64,000 bases of DNA from contig CAZZKR010000002.1 in assembly GCA_964655015.1 (NCBI GenBank), positions 11,211-75,210 of the forward strand, read 5' to 3'. Position 1 is the first letter of the stretch, and every line of letters starts with the position of its first letter. Origin of the DNA: an uncultured Nitrososphaeria archaeon (lineage in GTDB: Archaea > Thermoproteota > Nitrososphaeria_A > Caldarchaeales > Wolframiiraptoraceae). Positions 27,998 through 37,932 of the stretch are shown here, one piece after another. A model generated the notes under the pieces. It was not told where the DNA came from. It searched no databases and saw nothing but the letters and a program-made list of their open reading frames with translations. The translations under genes were made by a program, and so were the position numbers.

Positions 27998-28501
27998 TTA
28001 GACCTCCTCTGTCAACACGTTGATGGCAGATGTATTAAAAACATATCTCCCACCATCAACCTTTATGACGAGACCCGACTTTCTCATCTCACTTAGCCTA
28101 GCCCTGGTAACGCTTTCTTCCAAACCTGTGATTACCGAGACCTCTTTAGGAGAGAGCGCATCGTTCTCCAAAAGCCCAAGCACTTTGCCCACGTATGCGG
28201 CCGCGAGACATATAATTATCTTTCTTTTGGCATCTGCCTGTGTTGAGACAACTATCCTGCCGTTTACTATCTGGGCTTTTCCCGAAAGTAGGGACATGAT
28301 GTGAGAAACATCTACAGCTCCCAGAAACTTCTTTATTATCGAGAGGGATGGATAGAGCTCTGAAAGATATTTGTTAACACTCATCCATACTTCTTCGTAA
28401 TTTCCCTCAAACTCGACGGAAACATCGTCATGCTGTATCCTTACCTTAAGACCTTTCACATTTTGCAAAGTCTTTACCAATATAAATCTCAAGAGATGCA
28501 T
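27998..28501 (-). CDS. Small wHTH protein, paralog 3
   Basis: LKVRIQHDDVSVEFEGNYEEVWMSVNKYLSEL N-module and C-terminal wHTH (PKEVSVITGLEESVTRARLSEMRKSGLVIKVDGGRYV). Starts 3 nt after the gatE stop. Confidence 0.5.
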   Translation of the reverse strand: MHLLRFILVKTLQNVKGLKVRIQHDDVSVEFEGNYEEVWMSVNKYLSELYPSLSIIKKFLGAVDVSHIMSLLSGKAQIVNGRIVVSTQADAKRKIIICLAAAYVGKVLGLLENDALSPKEVSVITGLEESVTRARLSEMRKSGLVIKVDGGRYVFNTSAINVLTEEV

Positions 28502-28504
28502 GCA

Positions 28505-30427
28505 TTAAAATTTATCGCTCTCGGATTTGAGTGCCCGAATTGCCTTTATTAGCATGCTGTTTATGAGTGCCCCATCAACCCTTCCTCTGTAATCTTTCAT
28601 TAGCTTACCCATTAACTTGGCCACGGCCTTCTTTTCATCAGCAAAAATCTCTTGCTTGTGCTCTTCAACGAGCATCTTAATCCTATCTTCTACCTCCGAA
28701 ATCGGAGGAGACCAAAGGCCGAGTTCGTCTATGATTTGATCCACGTTTTGCCCTTTCTGTGCTACGGCTGCTAGGACATCCCTAACAGCCTCCTTCGCCA
28801 CCTTGTTACATGACACGAGTTCAAAGAACCTCATTATGTGCGCTTTGGTTATCTTTTCAACGTTAATCCCCTCCCTCCTTAAGCTTCTGAGCACTTCCGT
28901 TAACGTAGAGGCTACGACGGTAGGAGACACTCCAGTTTTCGAAACAATCTCTTCAAAATCTTCAACCACCTCGCTATCTATAAGGTCGTTTGCAAGTTGC
29001 TTGCTGAGTCCATACTTCTCAACAAGTTGTTGAGCCACAACATCCAAAGTCTTTGGAAGCCTTGCTCTCAGCCGCTCAATAAGTTCTTGTGAAATTACAA
29101 TTGGTGGTATGTCCGTCTCCGGATACATCCTTGCCGAGCCCGGCCTCGGCCTCATGTAAACTGTTGTACCATCGGGTCTTGCTGCTCTAGTTTCTTCGGG
29201 TACTCCATCTAAGGCCTCTGCTGCTCTTTCCTTAATAACCTCTACCGCATCCAATGCTTTGTCCCTTTCCGCTGCCACTATGACCACAGCGTCGTATTCT
29301 CCAGCACCTGTTGCATCTTTCAGAGCTTTAACTTCTTCACTCGTTATTCCGTAGTTGGGGAGCTCATCCGTATGGAATATTCCTTCCACATCGCTCCATG
29401 CCTTCACTCTTCCCGCAATCTCTGCACCAAGCCTTATACCGGGCGACGGTTGTAGACCTAGCAATCCAGCAAACCCCTTCAATACTATTGCATACACGAC
29501 CCCACCCGCTTCAAGTTGTCTTTTGATTATTCTGCTGGAAGTTTTAGAAAATATGTGGGTGACGTCAACGGGTTTTGCACTCCAAACGTCTTCCTTCTTA
29601 ACACCGCGTTTTAACAATTCCTCTTTTATCCGCAAAAGGTGCAGTTGTCGCTTAACCTCGTTTTCCACAACCTTTTGAATGAGCTCAAGTTCTTGGACAC
29701 CTTTTATCTCAATGGGTGCCCCATCCTTAATTGATATGTTCAAGTCTTGCCTGACAGTCCCTATGCCTCGCTTAACTTTGCCCGTTGCCCTTAACATTCT
29801 TCCTATGGCGTAAGCTACTTCCATCGCTTCTTCAGGTGATTCGATGACTGGCTCTGTCGAAATTTCTATTAGTGGTATGCCGAGCCTTGATAGGTCATAA
29901 TGGACCTCATCTTTTCTAACCTCTATTATTCTAGCCGCATCTTCCTCGAGGGTTATCATCTGTATGGGTATGGTTTTGTTCTTTATTTTTATTTCCCCTC
30001 CTATCCCGATTATACATGTGCGTTGGAATCCTGTCGTGTTAGAACCGTCTATGACTATCTTGCGCATTACGTGAACCTCATCAACTGGTTTGGAGTCAAG
30101 TAAAAGAGCAACCATGAGGGCGACTTCAAGAGCCTCGGGATTCAAGTTATGCGGAGGTTCCTCATCCATCTCGACCAAGCAAACATTCTTGAGGTTTGCA
30201 TGATAGACTATTGTCCTCTGCTTTTTTGATTCAAAGATTGCCGCCGCGTCTACTGTACCAAGTTCACTCTGAACTTCCCTTAATTTTCTGACAAAAGTTA
30301 TGGTTTCACCGCCCTCGACCTCTTCTGTCGGACAATCACAGAACAATTTCCTCTTTGTGTCTAACTGTCTGTGTATCTCCAGACCGACTTTCAACTTTAT
30401 GCTGGAATAATCCTCCATAACTACCAC
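28505..30427 (-). CDS. gatE: Glutamyl-tRNA(Gln) amidotransferase subunit E
   Basis: KVGLEIHRQL...KLFCDCP N-terminus, an inserted AspRS-like domain and a YqeY-like tail. 640 aa. Overlaps gatD. Confidence 0.93.
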   Translation of the reverse strand: MVVMEDYSSIKLKVGLEIHRQLDTKRKLFCDCPTEEVEGGETITFVRKLREVQSELGTVDAAAIFESKKQRTIVYHANLKNVCLVEMDEEPPHNLNPEALEVALMVALLLDSKPVDEVHVMRKIVIDGSNTTGFQRTCIIGIGGEIKIKNKTIPIQMITLEEDAARIIEVRKDEVHYDLSRLGIPLIEISTEPVIESPEEAMEVAYAIGRMLRATGKVKRGIGTVRQDLNISIKDGAPIEIKGVQELELIQKVVENEVKRQLHLLRIKEELLKRGVKKEDVWSAKPVDVTHIFSKTSSRIIKRQLEAGGVVYAIVLKGFAGLLGLQPSPGIRLGAEIAGRVKAWSDVEGIFHTDELPNYGITSEEVKALKDATGAGEYDAVVIVAAERDKALDAVEVIKERAAEALDGVPEETRAARPDGTTVYMRPRPGSARMYPETDIPPIVISQELIERLRARLPKTLDVVAQQLVEKYGLSKQLANDLIDSEVVEDFEEIVSKTGVSPTVVASTLTEVLRSLRREGINVEKITKAHIMRFFELVSCNKVAKEAVRDVLAAVAQKGQNVDQIIDELGLWSPPISEVEDRIKMLVEEHKQEIFADEKKAVAKLMGKLMKDYRGRVDGALINSMLIKAIRALKSESDKF

Positions 30428-31770
30428 GAGTCCGTGTTAGGCAAACTTCTTGAGTAAATCTCTCCAGCAATATTCTTTAGCATAAGCTTTTTAATCTCTT
30501 CCAATCCGGCCCCATCGCCAAGGTTGCCTAAAGTCCACATGAGCTTAACGAGTGCAACCTCAGAGAGCATATCATCGAGCGGAACGACGCCTGCCTTTAG
30601 TAAATCTCTGCCGCTATCGTAAACGTTCATGTTAACCCTTCCGAACTTGCATTGGGACGTCATGCCGACAAATATGCCCCTTTCTGTCAAACCTCTTATA
30701 ATTGGTACCCAATCGGAGGAAACGTGCCCCAGCCCCGTGCCCTCTATTATGAAACCCTTTATGCCCATGTCGGCTAGAATATTCAATATATCTGGTTTCA
30801 TAGATGGAAAGAACTTTATAAGAAATGCCCTTCCATCAAACTTTGGTTTAAAAACGTATTCATTAGACCCCCTTGGGTTTAAATCATTTGCCACCACCTT
30901 GAGCTCGCCATGCTGATAATAAGCGATTGGTCTTGAATTCACCGAGCGGAATGCGTCCCTGCTGCTTGTATGTAACTTGACGACCCTAGTTCCTTTATGT
31001 AGAGCTATGACGTCATCAGAATGCCATTTATGCATGGCAACGACAACTTCGCCGAAAGGTGCCTTGGCGGCGGTTGCGACGGCAGCAATTAAGTTAGTCG
31101 CGGCATCGCTTGAAGGTCTATCCGAAGACCTTTGTGCACCAACGAGAACTATCGGAATTGGCGGTTTCTGGAGGGCGAAGCTGAGTGCAGCGGCCGTATA
31201 TCCCATAGTGTCTGTGCCATGTGTTAGGACCACACCATCCACGCCTTTACGAATAGAGCGGTCTATTGCCTCAGCCATTCCTATCCAATGTTGAACTTGA
31301 ATATTCTCACTCCACACATTGTACAGTACCTCAGTGTCTATCTTTGCGATTTCTGCAAGTTCGGGAACTATTGCCAAAAGGTCCTCCGCGTCCAAAGCAG
31401 GCCTAACTGCTCCAGTCCTATATTCTACTCTGCTAGCTATGGTTCCGCCTGTACTGATTATGATAACATTGGGGAGGCCGCTGAGGGTTTGGGGTTTAGG
31501 AGGTCGCACGAACGTTGGCCTCACTCCAGCAGAGATTTTGGATACAACCGTATTTTCTGTTACCCTTATGCCTATATTATAACCGTTAGGTAGTTTTAGC
31601 GTTATGTAGTTCGGGTCTGCCAACTCGTATCTAGCCATTAGAATGCCCCTATATCTCCTGCCGTTTGAGATCACCTCGACCTCGTCTCCAATGTTTATGT
31701 TTTCCCGTTCTAGAAGCTCCCTCACCCTGCCTGAGTATCCTTGCAACTCCAGCGTATTCATGTTGTCCAA
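30421..31770 (-). CDS. gatD: Glutamyl-tRNA(Gln) amidotransferase subunit D
   Basis: Asparaginase-type motifs ISTGGTIAS and THGTDTM behind an N-terminal extension of about 90 aa. 449 aa. Confidence 0.93.
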   Translation of the reverse strand: MDNMNTLELQGYSGRVRELLERENINIGDEVEVISNGRRYRGILMARYELADPNYITLKLPNGYNIGIRVTENTVVSKISAGVRPTFVRPPKPQTLSGLPNVIIISTGGTIASRVEYRTGAVRPALDAEDLLAIVPELAEIAKIDTEVLYNVWSENIQVQHWIGMAEAIDRSIRKGVDGVVLTHGTDTMGYTAAALSFALQKPPIPIVLVGAQRSSDRPSSDAATNLIAAVATAAKAPFGEVVVAMHKWHSDDVIALHKGTRVVKLHTSSRDAFRSVNSRPIAYYQHGELKVVANDLNPRGSNEYVFKPKFDGRAFLIKFFPSMKPDILNILADMGIKGFIIEGTGLGHVSSDWVPIIRGLTERGIFVGMTSQCKFGRVNMNVYDSGRDLLKAGVVPLDDMLSEVALVKLMWTLGNLGDGAGLEEIKKLMLKNIAGEIYSRSLPNTDSW

Positions 31771-31855
31771 CTCACGCTTTATTTACACGACATTTTTATT
31801 AACTTATCCGAAAGTTTTTATAAGAACGACTCATTAGAAATTTCCGAAACGTGTT

Positions 31856-33043
31856 ATGAAGAGAACGTCTAGCAGGATTCATAAGATAACCCAAGAGGGT
31901 GCTTTTGCGGTTCTTTCGAAGGCAAGGGAAGTTGAAGCAAAGGGAAAGAATGTGATACATATGGAGATCGGTGAGCCAGATTTTGATACACCCGAAAACA
32001 TAAAGAAGGCGGCGATGGAGGCCTTGATGAAGGGCGCAACGCACTACACGCCGACACCTGGAATACCAGAACTCAGAAAGGCCATCGCAGAGAAGGTCTC
32101 CGCTGAATTGGGCGTTAGCGTTGATTGGAAGAATGTGCTCGTAACGCTTGGATGCAAAGAAGCAATATTTGCGTCTATCGCATCCATCGTGGATGACGGT
32201 GAGGAAGTGATATATCCAAATCCGGGATATCCTGCATACGAATCCATCACGGCGTATGTGGGTGGAAAACCCGTGCCGCTAAGGTTGAGCGAAAGTAACG
32301 GGTTTAGAATGACGCCTGAAGAGGTTAACGAACTAATTACCAGCAGAACGAAGGCAATAATCATCAATTCGCCCCACAACCCATGCGGTTCCGTCCTGAG
32401 GGAAGAGGATGTAAAGGGTATAGTGGAGATCGCGGAAGATAGAAACGCATTCGTGATATCTGATGAAATATACTATCCTATATTGTTTGACGGACTGAAG
32501 CACTACTCGCCGTTATCGTTTGCAAAAAAAGACAACGTGATATTGGTAGATGGATTTTCAAAGAGATATGCCATGACTGGTTGGAGGCTTGGGTATGCGG
32601 TGGTTCCATCGGACCTTGTCGAACCTATGACCAAGCTGTTGAACAACATGACGTCATGTCCAAACCAGTTTGTTCAATATGCCGGTATAGAGGCACTCAG
32701 GGGACCACAGGATTCTGTGAAAAAGATGGTGAAAGCATACGAGGAGCGAAGAAACGTAGTAATGGAAAAGCTCAAAGAGGTAGAGGGCATTACGTATTTA
32801 AAACCACAAGGAGCGTTTTATGTGTTCGTTAATGTCCAAAAGATTTTATCACGTGCTGGTATGACTTCTGAACAGCTGGTCACCAGACTAATCGAGAACT
32901 ATGGTGTAGCAGTTCTTCATGGTTCGTCCATGGGTGCATATGGTGAGGGCTTCATCAGGATTAGCTTCGCTAACTCCATCGAGAATCTGGTTGAAGGTAT
33001 ATCTAGGCTTGGGAGAGCGTTTAGCGATATGCTAAGGCAGTAG
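31856..33043 (+). CDS. Class I PLP-dependent (aspartate) aminotransferase
   Basis: NPGYPAY, INSPHNPCG and the PLP-lysine motif FSKRYAMTGWRLGY. Confidence 0.88.
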   Translation: MKRTSSRIHKITQEGAFAVLSKAREVEAKGKNVIHMEIGEPDFDTPENIKKAAMEALMKGATHYTPTPGIPELRKAIAEKVSAELGVSVDWKNVLVTLGCKEAIFASIASIVDDGEEVIYPNPGYPAYESITAYVGGKPVPLRLSESNGFRMTPEEVNELITSRTKAIIINSPHNPCGSVLREEDVKGIVEIAEDRNAFVISDEIYYPILFDGLKHYSPLSFAKKDNVILVDGFSKRYAMTGWRLGYAVVPSDLVEPMTKLLNNMTSCPNQFVQYAGIEALRGPQDSVKKMVKAYEERRNVVMEKLKEVEGITYLKPQGAFYVFVNVQKILSRAGMTSEQLVTRLIENYGVAVLHGSSMGAYGEGFIRISFANSIENLVEGISRLGRAFSDMLRQ

Positions 33044-33721
33044 CCTGGCTTCGAATACCACGGCCGTCCAGCAAGGCCTAATATGTCTATCATATATTAT
33101 GCTGGCGTTTGGTAACTTCGCTATATAATCTTCCAAATTTTTCAAAAGTTTACTGAAGGGGACGACAGTATATCCCACACACCTATAAGTCATGCCCAGT
33201 TGGGCTAACATCTTGGCGGTCACGTCTATGCCGATTATTGATATCGTCGGAATTAGGAGTCTGCCACCCGGCTTTAGATGTTCCTTCGCACCTTTTAAAA
33301 CGGCATCCAAAACGCTCCTGCCGTCTGACCCTCCGTATGTTTCTGGTTTTAAGCGCCTTGGCGATGGTGTCATGGGTGGGTTTGAGATTATCAAGTCAAA
33401 TCGCTCGTTTTCTACGGGCTCGTAAAGGCTCCCTTGTCTCACGTCAATATTGTACGCGGCATTCAATTCCGCGTTGGCTTTTGCAATTGCCACAGCATCT
33501 GACGATATGTCCGTAGCTACACAACTTCCAGCACCAAGTTTAGAGGCCACTATCGCTAAAAAACCACTACCAGTGCCTAAGTCTAAGACGTATTCACCGC
33601 CTCTTAATGTGATGCAATTCGCCATTAACTTCGAGACAGATAGCGGTCGGTAAACTCTTTTATCCTCATAAAGCTTGATTGCAAGGTTGCCAACTTTTAC
33701 TGTTATTATCTTTTTGTACAT
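33032..33721 (-). CDS. SAM-dependent methyltransferase, HemK/Mtq2-like (NPPx motif)
   Basis: VLDLGTGSGFLAI (motif I) and LIISNPPMTP (NPPY-type motif IV). 229 aa. Overlaps the aminotransferase 3' end by 12 nt (convergent). Confidence 0.7.
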   Translation of the reverse strand: MYKKIITVKVGNLAIKLYEDKRVYRPLSVSKLMANCITLRGGEYVLDLGTGSGFLAIVASKLGAGSCVATDISSDAVAIAKANAELNAAYNIDVRQGSLYEPVENERFDLIISNPPMTPSPRRLKPETYGGSDGRSVLDAVLKGAKEHLKPGGRLLIPTISIIGIDVTAKMLAQLGMTYRCVGYTVVPFSKLLKNLEDYIAKLPNASIIYDRHIRPCWTAVVFEARLLP

Positions 33722-33861
33722 AGGTAAGTCAATCGTAATATATCGCCAGACTTATTATTGCTTTGAAGATCGTAGTAAACCTTAAGGAGGACTAAAAAGG
33801 CAGTCGAATATAGAAAATAGAGGACAGGCATATAAATAAGATACGTTTGGAGATTTCCACA

Positions 33862-33935
33862 GGGCCGGTAGCTCAGTCTGGAAGAGCACTCGGTTTGCAC
33901 CCGAGAGGTCCGGGGTTCAAATCCCCGCCGGTCCA
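33862..33935 (+). tRNA. tRNA-Ala (anticodon TGC)
   Basis: Acceptor GGGCCGG/CCGGTCC with the G3:U70 Ala identity pair. Anticodon arm CTCGG-TTTGCAC-CCGAG, T-arm CGGGG-TTCAAAT-CCCCG. No encoded CCA. Confidence 0.9.
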
Positions 33936-33952
33936 CTAAAAATTGTTGACTG

Positions 33953-34927
33953 TTATGTCCTCATAGAATTGTATAGATGACATTTAACAAAATGGCCGGG
34001 AGCAATTTCCAACATGCATGGCTCTATTTTATCGCAAATCTCTAACCTTTCGGGACATCTTGGATGGAAGCTACAGCCCGGAGGTACGTTCAGAGCTCCA
34101 GGAATCTCGCCGGTTGAGACTATCTTCTTTGGTTTCATCGCCTCCTCCTCATCCGTTATCACGGGTATGGATGAGAGAAGCATCTTCGTGTATGGATGGA
34201 GTGGGTTGTAGAAGAATTCTTCGGTTGATGCGAGCTCCACTATTTTACCTAAGTACATTATGGCTACGCGTGATGCGACGTTTCTCATCAGGCTCAGGTT
34301 GTGTGTTATGAACAAGTAAGACAGATTGAATTCCTTCTGAACTCTCATAAGCATGTTTATGATTTTTGCTTGGATTGATACGTCGAGGGCCGACGTCGGC
34401 TCGTCTAGGATTATGAATTTCGGGTTTACAGCCAAAGCCCTGGCGATTGCTACCATCTGCTTCTCACCGCCACCTAGCTCCGTAGGATACCTGTCCATGT
34501 ACTCAACTGGGAGCTCAACCATTTGTAATAATTCAGCTACTTTTTGTGTAGTGTCCCCATGACATATGCCATGAACCTTTAAGGGTAGCTCTATAATCTG
34601 CCTAACGGTTCTCTTAGGATTGAGTGAGGTAGCGGGGTCTTGGAATACCATCTGAATTTTCTTTTTTAATGAGAGAGGCCTCTTTTCAACTCCCATGGAA
34701 ATATCCATCCCTTCAAATAGAATTTTACCGGAAGTTGGTGCGTAAAGTCCGACTATGATGTGCCCTGTCGTGCTCTTTCCTGAACCTGACTCGCCCACGA
34801 GACCGAATGTCTCCCCGTACTTTACGTTGAAACTGACGTCATCAACGGCTTTAATGATGCCCTTACTGACCTTGAAATACTTCTTGAGGTTTATGACTTC
34901 CAATATGTTTTCGCTCGACATGTTCAC
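33953..34927 (-). CDS. Peptide ABC transporter ATP-binding protein (OppF/DppF type)
   Basis: Walker A GESGSGKST, signature LGGGEKQ, Walker B ILDEPTSALD and the C-terminal oligopeptide-ABC extension. Confidence 0.88.
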   Translation of the reverse strand: MNMSSENILEVINLKKYFKVSKGIIKAVDDVSFNVKYGETFGLVGESGSGKSTTGHIIVGLYAPTSGKILFEGMDISMGVEKRPLSLKKKIQMVFQDPATSLNPKRTVRQIIELPLKVHGICHGDTTQKVAELLQMVELPVEYMDRYPTELGGGEKQMVAIARALAVNPKFIILDEPTSALDVSIQAKIINMLMRVQKEFNLSYLFITHNLSLMRNVASRVAIMYLGKIVELASTEEFFYNPLHPYTKMLLSSIPVITDEEEAMKPKKIVSTGEIPGALNVPPGCSFHPRCPERLEICDKIEPCMLEIAPGHFVKCHLYNSMRT

Positions 34928-35904
34928 TCACCATAAAGGAAACACGCCACTTCACGATCGTTTCCTGCTTTTATCATTCTTGGTTGCTTTTTTTCGCATA
35001 TCGGCATCGCATGCTCGCACCGTGTAACGAACCTACAACCTAAGGGTGGATTCATGTAATCTGGAACCCTGCCCTTAATTCCTGAAGGGACTCCCCCGCC
35101 TGTCAGCTTAGGTACAGCAGCGAGAAGGCCCTTCGTGTATGGATGGAGTGGCTCACGGAATAGGTCGGGCGTTCTTGCAGATTCAACAATACACCCAGCA
35201 TACATAACGTAAACTCTGTCCACGAAGCCTTTGACGGCACCAAGCGCATGGCTGATGAGTATAATTGAAGTACGTTTCTCTTCAACTATCTGTTTTAGTA
35301 GCCTTAAGATTTGGTCTTCTATCGTTACGTCGAGCGATGTGCCAGGCTCGTCTGCTATTAGCAATTCATGTGCCGATGCAAGCGCCATAGCTATACATAC
35401 TCTCTGCCTCATGCCTCCGCTGAGCTGGAATGGATAACTATCGAGTATTCTTTCAGGCTCCGGAAGCGCAGCCTCTCTCAAAAGCCTAATCGCCTCCTCC
35501 TCTATTTCCTTTTTTGACAAGTTTTTTCCCATTTCGAGGTTAGCGTACTTAACTACATCGAAAATCTGGTCCCTTATTTTGAATACAGGATTCAATGCCG
35601 CGGTGGGGTCCTGAAATATTATGGATATGCTCCTTCTCCTGAGCCTTTTTAGTTCGCTGTCATTCATCTTCATGACGTCTTTTCCTTTGAAGTATATTTT
35701 GGCTTTCGGTACTATGGCGTTCCAAGGGAGAATTCTCATTATCGCTTTCATTGTCGTGGTCTTGCCACAACCTGACTCTCCTATCAGCCCTACCTTTTCT
35801 TTCTCGTTTACAGTTAGAGCAACGTCGTTTAAAACTTTCAGTATGCCCCCATAAACCTTGAAATGCACTTGAAGTTCCTCAACGTTTAGCAAAGCGCTAC
35901 TCAT
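34924..35904 (-). CDS. Peptide ABC transporter ATP-binding protein (OppD/DppD type)
   Basis: Walker A GESGCGKTT, signature LSGGMRQR and Walker B LIADEPGTSLD. Overlaps the next gene by 4 nt. Confidence 0.88.
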   Translation of the reverse strand: MSSALLNVEELQVHFKVYGGILKVLNDVALTVNEKEKVGLIGESGCGKTTTMKAIMRILPWNAIVPKAKIYFKGKDVMKMNDSELKRLRRRSISIIFQDPTAALNPVFKIRDQIFDVVKYANLEMGKNLSKKEIEEEAIRLLREAALPEPERILDSYPFQLSGGMRQRVCIAMALASAHELLIADEPGTSLDVTIEDQILRLLKQIVEEKRTSIILISHALGAVKGFVDRVYVMYAGCIVESARTPDLFREPLHPYTKGLLAAVPKLTGGGVPSGIKGRVPDYMNPPLGCRFVTRCEHAMPICEKKQPRMIKAGNDREVACFLYGE

Positions 35905-35926
35905 GTTTTCAAACCTCCATATTCAT

Positions 35927-36835
35927 TTAACGAGCCTCAGCTGCGTATATGTCTCTAATTCCATCCCCCAGCAGGTTAAAGCCAAGTACTATCACCGCTA
36001 TCGCAATCGCAGGGAATACAGTAATCCACCATATGGTCGGCATATACTTGGCTCCATCTGATAGCATCGTTCCAAGGTCAGGTGTCGGAGGTTGTGCTCC
36101 AAGTCCCACGAAACTGAGGGCTGAACCAAGGATGATTACCCATGCAGCGTCGAGCGTAACCTTAGTCAATATGGCTCCAAGACAATTCGGCAGAATCTCT
36201 TTAAACATTATATGCAGCTTGCTCGCACCGATTATCTCGGCAGCCTGAACAAACGGTTCCATACGTAACGAAGATGCCATGCTGTACACGAGCCTAGTGT
36301 ACCACGGCCACCACATGAGTGACACTGCCATCATAGCATTAAAGATGTTGGGCTCTAACACCGCACATATGGCTAGGGCTAGGACGAGCGGAGGAACCGC
36401 GACGAATATGTCCGCTATTCTCATTATAACCGTGTCTACCCATCGGTCCCTGTAATAGCCGGCTATTAGGCCGAGTATCACGCCAGGCGGTGTGACTATG
36501 GCTAGAACCGTGGCCGCCATCATAAGGGAGTACCTGAAACCAAAAATTATTCTTGTGAGTACATCCCTTCCGAACTGGTCTGTACCAAATGGATGAGCTA
36601 GGCTGGGCGGTTGGTTTGCGTTCGCGAAATCCACATAATGCTCAGCATGATGAGGATACGGTGTTACATACGGTGCTAAAATGGCAAGCGCGACCACCGC
36701 GATGACAATCACGAGGCCTGCGATAGATAACGGGTTTCTAGAAAATTTATACCATGCCTTTTTGTAGTCCTCCGCTTTCCTCGGCGATATTATGCCTACG
36801 TCTTTTAATTTTTCTATTAAAAACATAATACACAT
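35927..36835 (-). CDS. Peptide ABC transporter permease (OppC/DppC type)
   Basis: Six TM helices and the EAA-like loop AAEIIGASKLHIMFKEILPN. Confidence 0.85.
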   Translation of the reverse strand: MCIMFLIEKLKDVGIISPRKAEDYKKAWYKFSRNPLSIAGLVIVIAVVALAILAPYVTPYPHHAEHYVDFANANQPPSLAHPFGTDQFGRDVLTRIIFGFRYSLMMAATVLAIVTPPGVILGLIAGYYRDRWVDTVIMRIADIFVAVPPLVLALAICAVLEPNIFNAMMAVSLMWWPWYTRLVYSMASSLRMEPFVQAAEIIGASKLHIMFKEILPNCLGAILTKVTLDAAWVIILGSALSFVGLGAQPPTPDLGTMLSDGAKYMPTIWWITVFPAIAIAVIVLGFNLLGDGIRDIYAAEAR

Positions 36836-36838
36836 TGC

Positions 36839-37864
36839 CTACTTCGCCCTCTCTACCATTCTTATCCTCGGGTCTAATAGGGACACTATTATATCCACTA
36901 TTATGTTTGCTATAGCAAACACTAGTCCTGTAACCATGACCACGCCTACTATGGCGTTCAGGTCTTTCCTGAGCATCGCTATTATGCCGTATCTTGACAT
37001 TCCAGGCCAATTAAATATCGATTCTACAAGGAATGCCCAACCCATAAGCGATGCGATGTCTAAGCCCATTATGGATATTGTCGGTATCAGTGATGGCCTC
37101 ATCAAATATTTTAAAACTATCAACCTTTCGGGTAAGCCATGCGCAATGCTTGCAAGTATGTAATCCTTATTCAGATTCTCAACGACGCTAGCACGAGTTA
37201 TTCTGGCCTCCTGTGCAATCGGCCCAAGCGCTAAGGCGAAAGATGGTAGAATAAGATGAGATACGGCATCTACGAACACCGAAAAGTTTCCTGTAATAAG
37301 CGAATCTATTGTGAGCAGTCCTGTTATTCTTGGTGGCGGTACCACGCCTGGGCTAAGCCTTCCGACCGTAGGTGCAATTTGCAATATGTATCCAAAGATC
37401 AATAGGAATATTATCGCGAAGACAAACGCGGGGATTGTTACGCCTATGTATGCGAATCCCCTTACAAGGTTGTCAATCCAAGTGTTAGCCTTTCTACCCG
37501 CAAGCATGCCTATAGGTATGGCGATAATCACGTCGAATATGAGCGCAAAGAGTAGTAGCTCTAGCGTTGCGGGTAAGAACTCTGATATGTCTACCAGAAC
37601 GTCGCGCCTTGTTACTAGCGACTCGCCCAAGCTACCGCTAAACACATCCCTTAGCCAATAAATGTACTGAATGGGTAACGGCTCATTGAGTCTAAGTTGT
37701 TCTCTGAGCTTTTCTATAGCCCATTCTGGAGCCCTAGGGCTCAGAGCCATCCTAGCAGGGTCTCCTGGCAAAACCCTGGCTAATGTAAATATCAGTATCG
37801 AAAGCCCTAACAACACAAATACTGTGTAGCCTACCCTTTTCGCAATGTATGTAGCAAGCCTCAA
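36839..37864 (-). CDS. Peptide ABC transporter permease (OppB/DppB type)
   Basis: LPGDPARM N-terminal motif and BPD-transporter topology. 341 aa. Confidence 0.85.
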   Translation of the reverse strand: MRLATYIAKRVGYTVFVLLGLSILIFTLARVLPGDPARMALSPRAPEWAIEKLREQLRLNEPLPIQYIYWLRDVFSGSLGESLVTRRDVLVDISEFLPATLELLLFALIFDVIIAIPIGMLAGRKANTWIDNLVRGFAYIGVTIPAFVFAIIFLLIFGYILQIAPTVGRLSPGVVPPPRITGLLTIDSLITGNFSVFVDAVSHLILPSFALALGPIAQEARITRASVVENLNKDYILASIAHGLPERLIVLKYLMRPSLIPTISIMGLDIASLMGWAFLVESIFNWPGMSRYGIIAMLRKDLNAIVGVVMVTGLVFAIANIIVDIIVSLLDPRIRMVERAK

Positions 37865-37932
37865 CCTTAGCCCCGTCCAAAAAATAAAAAATTAGGAGGT
37901 AATATCCATTTTCTTAATTCTTACTTATTAAA

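Noticed and set aside
33706-33936. 76-aa ORF on the minus strand.
   Set aside because: It is antisense to tRNA-Ala(TGC) and to the promoter region. Judged spurious.
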